This document shows positions 19,482 to 27,528 of a stretch of DNA of 64,000 bases, piece by piece. A program made the translations under genes and the position numbers. How positions within the stretch are numbered: the stretch's first letter is position 1; every line of letters begins with the position of its first letter. Origin of the DNA: an uncultured delta proteobacterium (GTDB lineage: Bacteria > Myxococcota > Myxococcia > Myxococcales > Anaeromyxobacteraceae); NCBI GenBank assembly GCA_963814585.1, contig CAWFDF010000008.1, forward strand, positions 608,001 to 672,000. The letters are read 5' to 3'. The notes under the pieces are model-generated. The model was not told the DNA's origin. It did no database searches and was given only the letters and a program-made list of their open reading frames with translations.

Positions 19482-21767
19482 CTACCTGATCACGCCGAGG
19501 TGGGCCTCGTCGACCGGCGCCAGCCCGCCGGGCGCATGGCAGATGGAGCACGACTCGATCTCGTCGCCGCTGTACTGGCCGGCCGGCACGTCGTACGGGG
19601 TCGGGTCGAAGGTGTTGGCGGCGATGTGGGCCTGGGTGGCGATGCCGTCGTGGCAGCTCCCGCAGGCCCGGTTGGCGAACTTCCACCTGGCGGCGTCCGT
19701 CATGGCCGCGTTGGTCTCGTCGTGGCACGCGGTGCAGTCGGACGCGTTGGGGGTCGAGGAGCTCCAGCGGACGCCCCGCGGGTACTGCAGCGCGCTGTAG
19801 TCGTGGGTGCCGTTGATGACGAACCCGTTCACCAGGTCCTTCCCCATGTGGATCTTGTGGACCACCCGCTCCAGCACGACCGCGGAGGATCCGAGCTGCG
19901 CCGTGTCGGTCGTGGTGAGGGTCGGCGTGCCGATGCCCGAGAACGGGTCGAAGCTGTTCTGGTTGTGGCAACCGACGCAGTACTCGATGGCGTACCCGGC
20001 GTGCAGCTTGGCGTCGCCGTGGCACTTGTTGCAGGCGTCACGGCTGACGATGTTGCGGGTCGCCGCCACCGCCCCCGCGACGGGCTCCGGGACGAAGTCG
20101 AAGAAGGCGTTGGTCTTGTTGTCGACGTTCCCGGTGGCCACCACCTTGGTGAAGCCCATGGCGACGCGGTGGGTCAGGTTCGGCTCGTAGGCGACCGGGT
20201 AGAGCATGGTCGGCAGCGAGGCCGCCGAGTACTGGTTCATCGCGGCCACGGAGTTGTTGTGGGCGTGGTCGATGGCGCGGATGTCACCGGGGGTCGCCGC
20301 GTTCGCGTTCAGCAGCGCGAAGGTGTAGGTGAACTGGTTGGTGGCCGCGACCGGGGTGAGCGTGCCGCCGTCCGTCAGGGCCTCGTTCCGCCCCTGGATG
20401 ACCGGAGGCCTGGTGGCGTCCTTGGTCCGGACCTTGCTCAGGTAGCTCTGCCAGTGGCTCGGCGCGTCCCCGACGCCCGGCACCAGCTTGGTCAGGGTGA
20501 AGTTGAGGCCGGTGAAGAGGGCCGGGTCGGTCACGGGCACGCCGCCGTCCGTGACGGCGAAGGTGACGGTCACGCGCCCGGTGGTGGGATCGACGGTGAC
20601 GCCGGAGATGGTCGACTCCATGGTGCGCTGGCTGGCGTCGAAGGTGGCGGCCGGCTTGTGGACCACCTCGACGGGCGCGAGACTGCCGGTCGCATGGCAC
20701 ACGCTGCAGCTGGTGTTGTCGGTGGCGGTGTGGAGCTGGCCGGGGAGGCCCTTGATGCCGGTGTAGGCCGACCCGTCGTAGGTGATGGTGGTGTGGCAGG
20801 AGTCGCAGGCGACCATGGTGGGCCGGGTCCGCCAGTGGTCGGCCTGCGCGACGGTGTTGTGGCACTTGGTGCAGGTCAGCATCGTGCCGGGGTACTTCAG
20901 GGTCGGCCAGTTGTCGCCGTGCCCGGCGGGGTGCAGCGCGCCGAGGGTCAGGGCCTTGTTGGTGTGGATCTGGTGCACCATGGTCACCATGTCGGCCTCA
21001 TGGCTGGCGATGGTGGCGTTGTAGTTGGGGCTGTGGCAGACGACGCAGAGCTTGACGTCGTTCCGGCCGTACGAGTGGATGGTCACGCCGTAGCCGTGGC
21101 ACTCCTTGCAGGAGGCGTCGTTCACCACGTCCTTGCCGGAGGCGACCGCCGTGGCCGGTGCGGCCATGGCGAAGTCATAGCCCTTGACCCCGGTGAGGAG
21201 CCCGGCCTTGGCCACCCGGACGAAGCCGCGCTGGACGCCCGATCCGGCCGGCGCGTCGGTGGAGAGCTTGTTGCTGGTGAGCAGGTAGGTCCCGGCGGGC
21301 CCCTCGACCAGCGTGACGTCGTCCACGCCCGCCCAGTACTGCCACTCGTCGGAGCCACCGCTGGATCGCGGAAGCAGGCCGGCCAGGTAGATGTTCGTCG
21401 CGGCGATGGTCAGCCCGGTCACGGGGGCGGCGCCATCGGTCACCTCGAAGCTGGCGGTGACGAAGGAGCTGGCGCTGACGCCGAACGCGAGGTTGTTGAC
21501 CACCAGGGTCTTGATGGCGGGCTGGGCGAGGCCCGCCCCGTTGGTGCCGTTGGTGCCGTTGGTCCCGTTGATACCGTTCGTCCCGTTCGTCCCGTTCGTC
21601 CCGTTGGTGCCGTTGGTGCCGTTCGTGCCGTTGGTGCCGTCGGTGCCGTTGATGCCGTCGGCGCCGGCAGGACCCTGCGGGCCGGTTGAGCCCTCGCAGG
21701 CAGCGAGAGCGAAGAAGAGCGACGCGGCCAGCAGCACCGTGCGACCCTGGAACTGACTCATCCTCAT
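19482..21767 (-). CDS. OmcA/MtrC-family decaheme c-type cytochrome lipoprotein
   Basis: Lipobox LAAC; ten CxxCH motifs in a 5+5 arrangement separated by a heme-free domain containing WQSY; H.IH distal-ligand motifs; GAGGAG RBS. Confidence 0.92.
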   Translation of the reverse strand: MRMSQFQGRTVLLAASLFFALAACEGSTGPQGPAGADGINGTDGTNGTNGTNGTNGTNGTNGTNGINGTNGTNGTNGAGLAQPAIKTLVVNNLAFGVSASSFVTASFEVTDGAAPVTGLTIAATNIYLAGLLPRSSGGSDEWQYWAGVDDVTLVEGPAGTYLLTSNKLSTDAPAGSGVQRGFVRVAKAGLLTGVKGYDFAMAAPATAVASGKDVVNDASCKECHGYGVTIHSYGRNDVKLCVVCHSPNYNATIASHEADMVTMVHQIHTNKALTLGALHPAGHGDNWPTLKYPGTMLTCTKCHNTVAQADHWRTRPTMVACDSCHTTITYDGSAYTGIKGLPGQLHTATDNTSCSVCHATGSLAPVEVVHKPAATFDASQRTMESTISGVTVDPTTGRVTVTFAVTDGGVPVTDPALFTGLNFTLTKLVPGVGDAPSHWQSYLSKVRTKDATRPPVIQGRNEALTDGGTLTPVAATNQFTYTFALLNANAATPGDIRAIDHAHNNSVAAMNQYSAASLPTMLYPVAYEPNLTHRVAMGFTKVVATGNVDNKTNAFFDFVPEPVAGAVAATRNIVSRDACNKCHGDAKLHAGYAIEYCVGCHNQNSFDPFSGIGTPTLTTTDTAQLGSSAVVLERVVHKIHMGKDLVNGFVINGTHDYSALQYPRGVRWSSSTPNASDCTACHDETNAAMTDAARWKFANRACGSCHDGIATQAHIAANTFDPTPYDVPAGQYSGDEIESCSICHAPGGLAPVDEAHLGVIR
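21540..21692 (-). repeat. 9-bp coding tandem repeat: 17 collagen-like Gly-X-Y triplets, mostly GTN
   Basis: GST GPQ GPA GAD GIN GTD (GTN)7 GIN (GTN)3 directly after the lipidated Cys. Confidence 0.92.
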
Positions 21768-22024
21768 TTGGGACTCTCCTCGATACGTTGAACGGGGTGA
21801 TTGGAGCGCCATGATCTGCAGCACAGTTCGTTCCGAACCCCTTGGAAAAGCGAATCGAACGCCTGTCGAACGAATCGCGCGGGGTGCCTCTCGCAGCCTA
21901 CCCCATGAGGGACGAGCAGGGTTGCTAAATCCACCCAAAGGCTGGGTCGATTCACCCATTGGGCGCACCCGGGCGCGGCCTACGGCATGCGTCGGGCCCG
22001 CCGGAACGTGAGGTAGAGTCGCAC

Positions 22025-22186
22025 ATGCTCCGGCTGGGTTGGCCCTCGATCCTGGTGCTGGTCATGCTGGTGATCCTGCTGGCCCGGCGCCCGGGGCTCC
22101 TCGCCAGCCGCGCCTTCCTGCCGGTGCTGCTGGTCGCGGGGGCGCTCCTGCTGGTGGGCTACCGCCGCCGCCGGCCGCCGCGGTGA
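22025..22186 (+). CDS. Small hydrophobic membrane protein (53 aa)
   Basis: Two hydrophobic segments and an Arg-rich tail; GAGGT upstream. Confidence 0.5.
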   Translation: MLRLGWPSILVLVMLVILLARRPGLLASRAFLPVLLVAGALLLVGYRRRRPPR

Positions 22187-22242
22187 GTCCACTCCCGCTG
22201 GCTGTCAGAGGCCCCGCCTAGGCTCCGCTTCGGGGAGCGTGA

Positions 22243-23556
22243 ATGGGCAGCGGGCGCGCAGCGGGTGCGGGGCTGACGGCGGCCCAGCTGATGGACTTCT
22301 GGCTCTGGCTCTGGCTCGGCTTCACCGAGCGCGAGGAGGCGCTGGGCCGGCGGAGCCACGTCCCTGGCGCCAGCGCGGCCGAGGTCGAGCTGAACGCAGA
22401 GCTCGTGGCGCTGGAGTCGGTGTCGTCGCGCCTCTCGGCCGAGCTCCCGCCCCCCCCGCCTGGCTCGCCCGCGGGACTCACCTTCCCGCGGCTGCAGGGC
22501 GGCCTCGCCCCCGCCTCGATGGAGCGGCTGGCGTCGTGGCTGGCCGGCTCCACCGCCCCGGCGGCGACCCGCGTCGGGAGGCGCGCCGCCGAGGTGCTGC
22601 GGAAGGCCCGGGTCGAGCCGCCCCCCTCCCCCTCGCGCGCCGCGGCCGTCGAGCTCTGGACCTGGCTCAGCGGGGCCGAGGCCGATCGGCGGCGCCTCCT
22701 GGCCGGGGCCACCCGGGACCGGTCCGCCGCACGGCAGCTCGGGGACGAGCTGCGGTTCCTGCTCTCCGTCCAGGCAGGCGTGCGGCGCGGGCAGCCCGAC
22801 GTCATCCCCTCCCACCCGCACGAGGCCCGCTGGCTGGGCGCGCGGCAAGCGGTCCCGACCGCCACCGCGGCGGAGCTGGCGCGCGTGCTGAGGCGGGCCC
22901 ATCCCGACATGGCCTCCGGACGCGACGGGGCGCGGCTCGGCCAGCTGGTGGACGCCACCGCCTCACGGCTCGAGGCGCTGGCCGGGCCGCAGGCGCTGGC
23001 CGCCGCGCGGGCGCGAGAGCAGGCGGAGGCTCCCCGCTCGACCGTGCGCGGCAAGATCGCCGCCGGGCTGGCCGCCGCCGGGAGCGAGCCCGAGCGCGCT
23101 GCCGGCCGGTTCCTCGGCAAGCTGGTGGTGGCCGACGCCAGCGGGCTGGGCGCCACGCTGGTGGACGCCGACCTGGGCGAGCGGACCGCCTGGCGGGTGG
23201 TCATCACCCCTGCCGGCTTCGACGAGGCGGCCGAGTTCAGCGCCGCCGGCGCGGTCGGCTACGAGCTCTTCGTGCTGGTCGGCGCCAGCGGCGCGCTCGA
23301 GGCCGTCCACCAGCGCATCGACCGCTCTCCGCACGGCCAGCGCTGGTTCGCGCCGGCGCCGGCGCCCGGGTGGCTCCACCCGCAGGGCCCCACCCTCGAC
23401 GTGGCCTGGGTGGACGTGGCGGCGCCGGCGCGGGCCAGGATGCAGGCCCTGCTGGCGGCGCTCACCAGCGGCCGATCCGTCCCGGCCGCGGAGCGGCAGC
23501 TCCCCGGAGCGGCGCTGGCCCTGGCGGCCCGGCGCGTCCGCCGATCACGCCACTGA
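22243..23556 (+). CDS. Hypothetical protein (about 420-437 aa; start may be ATG 22291)
   Basis: Long ORF with G/C-ending codons and protein-like composition; no family recognised. Confidence 0.6.
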   Translation: MGSGRAAGAGLTAAQLMDFWLWLWLGFTEREEALGRRSHVPGASAAEVELNAELVALESVSSRLSAELPPPPPGSPAGLTFPRLQGGLAPASMERLASWLAGSTAPAATRVGRRAAEVLRKARVEPPPSPSRAAAVELWTWLSGAEADRRRLLAGATRDRSAARQLGDELRFLLSVQAGVRRGQPDVIPSHPHEARWLGARQAVPTATAAELARVLRRAHPDMASGRDGARLGQLVDATASRLEALAGPQALAAARAREQAEAPRSTVRGKIAAGLAAAGSEPERAAGRFLGKLVVADASGLGATLVDADLGERTAWRVVITPAGFDEAAEFSAAGAVGYELFVLVGASGALEAVHQRIDRSPHGQRWFAPAPAPGWLHPQGPTLDVAWVDVAAPARARMQALLAALTSGRSVPAAERQLPGAALALAARRVRRSRH

Positions 23557-23604
23557 GCGGCCCCGAGCCGGTGGTATGTTGCCTCCCCTCCGGAGGCGCC
23601 CCAC

Positions 23605-24318
23605 GTGCTCGAGCTCGTCACCCAGCCATCGACCTGGCTCTCGCTGATCACCCTGTCCGCCATGGAGGTGGTGCTGGGGATCGACAACGTCGTCTTCCTC
23701 ACCATCCTCACGGGCCGGCTCCCGGCGGCGCAGCAACCGAGCGCCCGGCGGCTCGGCCTGGCGCTGGCGTTGCTCACCCGGCTCGCCCTGCTCTTCGCCA
23801 TCTCCTGGGTGATGGGGCTGACCGCACCGCTCTTCGCGGTGCTGGGACGCTCCGTCTCCGGACGCGACCTCATCCTGCTCGGCGGCGGGCTCTTCCTCCT
23901 CGCCAAGGCCACCTTCGAGATCCACGACAAGCTGGAGACCGGTGGCCACGCCCCCGCCTCCAGCGGGAAGAGCGCCTACTGGCTGGTGATCGGGCAGGTG
24001 GCCGTGCTCGACCTCGTCTTCTCGCTCGACTCGGTCATCACCGCGGTCGGCATGGCGCAGCACCTCTCGATCATGGTGGTGGCGATGCTGGTGGCCGTCG
24101 GCGTGATGCTGGTCTCCGCCGGGGCGGTGGGCCGGTTCGTCGAGCGCCATCCGACCATGAAGATGCTGGCGCTCTCCTTCCTCATCCTCATCGGCGTGAT
24201 GTTGATGGCCGAGGGGCTCGGGCAGCACATCGACAAGGGGTACATCTACTTCGCCATGGCCTTCTCGCTGGTGGTCGAGCTGCTCAACCTCCGGCTGCGG
24301 AAGCCGGCGAAGGCCTGA
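23605..24318 (+). CDS. TerC family membrane protein
   Basis: EVVLGIDNVVF, GRDLILLGGGLFL..K, DLVFSLDSVITAVG, KGYIYFAM.FS..VE. Confidence 0.93.
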   Translation: MLELVTQPSTWLSLITLSAMEVVLGIDNVVFLTILTGRLPAAQQPSARRLGLALALLTRLALLFAISWVMGLTAPLFAVLGRSVSGRDLILLGGGLFLLAKATFEIHDKLETGGHAPASSGKSAYWLVIGQVAVLDLVFSLDSVITAVGMAQHLSIMVVAMLVAVGVMLVSAGAVGRFVERHPTMKMLALSFLILIGVMLMAEGLGQHIDKGYIYFAMAFSLVVELLNLRLRKPAKA

Positions 24319-24531
24319 GAAAAGACCAGCGGTGGGCGCCGGCCGGCATCGCCGACCTGCACCCACCGCCACCCCCCCCACGCTGCTCCAGTCAGCTCGA
24401 GTGCCTCTCGACGGGCCCGCGGCTACCCCCCGGTCGCCGCTCGGCACGGGCTGCCGTGCGTCAAGGCCTTGCCTTGCATCCGCCGTGCTCGGCTGGGATG
24501 CGCCAGGCAGGCGCATCGCCCCTCCCGACGT

Positions 24532-24571
24532 ACCCCGAGTCACGGGACTCGCACCCCGGGTCACGGTACTC
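24532..24571. repeat. Tandem 19-bp direct repeat (period 21) containing palindrome CGAGTC-N4-GACTCG
   Basis: ACCCCGAGTCACGGGACTC (24532-50) and ACCCCGGGTCACGGTACTC (24553-71). Confidence 0.7.
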
Positions 24572-24595
24572 CGGGGATCGCCATTCCTCGATTCT

Positions 24596-24611
24596 CTTGA
24601 CTCCGGTCAAG
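24596..24611. promoter_or_regulatory. Perfect palindrome CTTGAC-N4-GTCAAG, candidate transcription-factor site upstream of lgt
   Basis: Seen directly; same geometry as the Fnr box TTGAT-N4-ATCAA. Confidence 0.5.
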
Positions 24612-24698
24612 TCTCTCACTCGGACGGGTAGGTCTGGCGAGATGACCCGGGGCGAATGAAACCCGGACAATGGTGCACCTTCGCACTACAACCTGCCC

Positions 24699-25475
24699 GT
24701 GCCCTTCGCGCTCCTTCCCTGGTTCGTGCTGCCCAGCCTCACCCTCGGCCCGGTCACGCTCCAGTCCTTCGGACTGCTCTCGGCGGCCGGCATCCTCGTC
24801 GGCATGCAGGTGGCGGCGGGCGCGGCCCGGCGGGACGGCCTGGACCCGAGGAGCGTCCTCGACTTCTCGGTGGTGGCGGTGGTGGGCGGCATCGTCGGCG
24901 GCCACCTCGTCCACCTGGTCTTCTACCACCCGGAGGAGCTGGCCGACCCGGTGCGCATCCTCAAGGTCTGGGAAGGGCTCTCGTCGATGGGCGGACTGGC
25001 CGGCGCCATCGCGACGGCCGCCATCTGGTTCCGGCGCCACGGCCTCCGCTTCGAGCCGTTTGGCGACGCCTACGCGCTCGGCCTGGCGCCCGGCTGGGGG
25101 ATCGCGCGGCTCGGCTGCTTCTCGGTCCACGACCACCCCGGGATCAGGAGCGACGCCTGGCTGGCGGTGGACTTCCCCGGCGGGCCGCGCCACGACCTCG
25201 GGCTCTACGAGGCCATCCTGCTCTTCGCGCTGGCGACGCTGCTGCTCGGGCTGCGCCGGGGCGGTCGGATGAGGGGGCGGCTCCTGCCCCTCCTGGCGGT
25301 CACCTACGGCGCGGGCAGGTTCCTGCTCGACTTCCTGCGGGCGCGCCCCGGCGACGTCGCCTACGCCGACGGCCGGCAGCTCGGGCTCACCTTCGCCCAG
25401 TGGTTCGCGCTCGGGCTGGTGGCGTGGGGGATCGCCCGGTTGTCGCGGCCAGGGCCGGCCGGGGAGTCGAGATGA
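24699..25475 (+). CDS. lgt: Prolipoprotein diacylglyceryl transferase (Lgt) family, possibly a paralog
   Basis: LGP..LQSFGL, GLSSMGG, D......G..IARLGCF, P...RH...LYE, YG.GRF..DFLR, LTFAQW. Confidence 0.85.
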   Translation: MPFALLPWFVLPSLTLGPVTLQSFGLLSAAGILVGMQVAAGAARRDGLDPRSVLDFSVVAVVGGIVGGHLVHLVFYHPEELADPVRILKVWEGLSSMGGLAGAIATAAIWFRRHGLRFEPFGDAYALGLAPGWGIARLGCFSVHDHPGIRSDAWLAVDFPGGPRHDLGLYEAILLFALATLLLGLRRGGRMRGRLLPLLAVTYGAGRFLLDFLRARPGDVAYADGRQLGLTFAQWFALGLVAWGIARLSRPGPAGESR

Positions 25476-26020
25476 CCAGACCGGAGTCACCGAAGGGGAG
25501 CTGGCGGGCGCGGCTCGCGGGGCTGGAGGAGCGGCGCTGGTTCCGCTGGGGCGGGGAGGCGCTGGTGGTGCTCGGCGCCGTGCTGGCGATCGGGCTCATC
25601 CAGACCCGCCACCACCTCGGTGGCGGGGAGCGCCCGGCCGCCACCTTCAGGACGCTCGACGGCGCCACGGTGTCGCTGCAGTCGCTGCGCGGCCAGCCTG
25701 TGGCGCTGGCCTTCTGGGCCCCGTGGTGCCAGGTCTGCGCCGCCCAGTCGGACAACCTGGCGCGCGCGGCGCGCTGGGCCGGCAGCCGGGGCCGCGTCGT
25801 CTCGGTGGCCGCCGCCTTCGGCGACGTGGACGAGGTGCGCGCCTACATGCAGGAGCACGGCGTGTCCTACCCGGTGCTCCTCGGCGACGACGAGACCGTC
25901 CGCGCCTTCCGCGTGGAGGCCTACCCGTCGGTCTACTTCCTCGACGCCGAGGGGCGGGTCAAGCGCTCGGTGGCCGGGTACACCACGACCGGTGGCCTGC
26001 TGGCGCGGCTGATCTTCTAG
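25472..26020 (+). CDS. Membrane-anchored TlpA/ResA-like thioredoxin
   Basis: N-terminal TM helix, FWAPWCQVC active site, YP.V cis-Pro loop; ATGA overlap with lgt. Confidence 0.85.
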   Translation: MTRPESPKGSWRARLAGLEERRWFRWGGEALVVLGAVLAIGLIQTRHHLGGGERPAATFRTLDGATVSLQSLRGQPVALAFWAPWCQVCAAQSDNLARAARWAGSRGRVVSVAAAFGDVDEVRAYMQEHGVSYPVLLGDDETVRAFRVEAYPSVYFLDAEGRVKRSVAGYTTTGGLLARLIF

Positions 26021-26128
26021 GCGCCGCTCGACGAGCCGATCACCGTCGAGTTGACGCCCGGAAGGAGCGGCCGGCCCCGCCACGCCCGTGGCATGGACAT
26101 GCGCCCGGGCGTCATCGTCGTCGAGTGA

Positions 26129-27523
26129 TCATCGCGCCTTGAAGTCGTCCGAGCGGATCCCGTGGCGCTTGAGCAGCCGGTGCAGGCTCTCGCGGGCCAT
26201 GCCGGCGCGCTCGGCGGCCCTGGTGACGTTCCCGTCCAGGTCGCGGAGGAGCGCCACCAGGTAGTCCCGGGTGACGCGATCCCGCGCCAGGTCGATCGCC
26301 TCGCGATAGGGCATCCTGGCCAGCTGGTCGGCCGGGATGGCCCCCTCCTGCGTGCCGCGCACGTCGGCAGGCAGGTCGCGGGGCTGGATGGCGGGTCCCT
26401 GGGCCACGGCCACCGCGCGCTCGATGGCGTTCTCCAGCTCGCGGACGTTGCCGGGCCAGGGGTAGCCGGTGAGCGCCCGGAGCGCCTCCGGCTCGAACGC
26501 GCCGAGCGGCCGTCCCAGGACCCGGGCGTGCTTCTCCAGGAAGTGGCTGGCCAGCGGCGGGATGTCCTCCCGACGCTCGCGCAGCGGCGGCAGGACGACC
26601 GGGAAGACGTTGAGCCGGTAGAAGAGATCCTCGCGGAAGCGCCCGGCCTGCACCTCGGCCTTGAGCTCGCGGTGGGTGGCGGCGATGACGCGGACGTTCA
26701 CCTTGGTGGCTGCGGTGTCGCCGACCCGCCGCGCCTCCTTCTCCTGGAGGACCCGGTTCAGCTTCACCTGGACCGGCAGCGGCAGCTCCCCGATCTCGTC
26801 GAGGAAGATGGTCCCGCCCTCCGCCTCCTCGAAGAGCCCGCGCTTCATGCCGGCGGCGCCGGTGAAGGCTCCCCGGGCGTGGCCGAAGAGCTCGCTCTCC
26901 ACCAGCTCCGCCGGCAGGGCCCCGCAGTTCACCGGGACGAAGCGGCGCTCCTTGCGGGCGCTGTGGTAGTGGACGGCCCGCGCCGCCAGCTCCTTGCCGG
27001 TGCCGGTCTCGCCCTCGAGGAGGACGGTGATGTCGAGCCTGCTGGCCTGCTCGAGCAGCGTGTAGACGTCGCGCATCCTGGCGCTCTTGCCGACCAGGTT
27101 GTGGAAGGCGTAGGCGCCCTCCGCCTCCCGCCGCAGGGTGGCCGCCTGCTCCTTGAGCCGCTTCCGCTCCAGGGCGCGGGCCACCACCAGGCTGGCGTCG
27201 TCCGGATCGAAGGGCTTCTGCAGGTAGTCGTAGGCCCCCTGCTTCATGGCCTCGACCGCGTCGCCGACCGTGGCGTAGGCCGTCATCATGATCACCTCGG
27301 TCTCGGGCGATCGGGCCTTCACGGCGCGCAGCACCTCGAACCCGTCGGCCCCCGGCATCCGCAGGTCCGTCACCACCACGTCGAAGGGCTGCGAGGCCAC
27401 CAGGGAGATGGCCCGGCCGCCGTCGGCCGCGGTGGTGAGCTGGTAGCCGTCCCCGAGGATGCGCGCGAACAGCTTGACGATGTTCTCCTTGTCGTCGACC
27501 ACCAGGATGCGGGCCCGTTCCAT
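26129..27523 (-). CDS. Sigma54-dependent NtrC-family response regulator
   Basis: Receiver domain, GETGTGKE, ESELFGH, GAFTGA, FLDEIGE, FREDLFYRLNV, WPGNVRELEN, C-terminal HTH. Confidence 0.95.
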   Translation of the reverse strand: MERARILVVDDKENIVKLFARILGDGYQLTTAADGGRAISLVASQPFDVVVTDLRMPGADGFEVLRAVKARSPETEVIMMTAYATVGDAVEAMKQGAYDYLQKPFDPDDASLVVARALERKRLKEQAATLRREAEGAYAFHNLVGKSARMRDVYTLLEQASRLDITVLLEGETGTGKELAARAVHYHSARKERRFVPVNCGALPAELVESELFGHARGAFTGAAGMKRGLFEEAEGGTIFLDEIGELPLPVQVKLNRVLQEKEARRVGDTAATKVNVRVIAATHRELKAEVQAGRFREDLFYRLNVFPVVLPPLRERREDIPPLASHFLEKHARVLGRPLGAFEPEALRALTGYPWPGNVRELENAIERAVAVAQGPAIQPRDLPADVRGTQEGAIPADQLARMPYREAIDLARDRVTRDYLVALLRDLDGNVTRAAERAGMARESLHRLLKRHGIRSDDFKAR

Positions 27524-27528
27524 TCGAG

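Noticed and set aside
21540..21692. Short repeats as a CRISPR array (also 24532-24571 and 40809-40897)
   Set aside because: No repeat-spacer periodicity and no cas genes; the first is a coding triplet repeat.
21780..21960. GEMM-I (c-di-GMP/cGAMP) riboswitch upstream of the cytochrome
   Set aside because: I could not locate the conserved GNRA/receptor and GCAAA-type core by eye; an Infernal scan is needed.
22880..22910. RRAHPD as a J-domain HPD motif
   Set aside because: Surrounding sequence lacks other J-domain features; likely chance.
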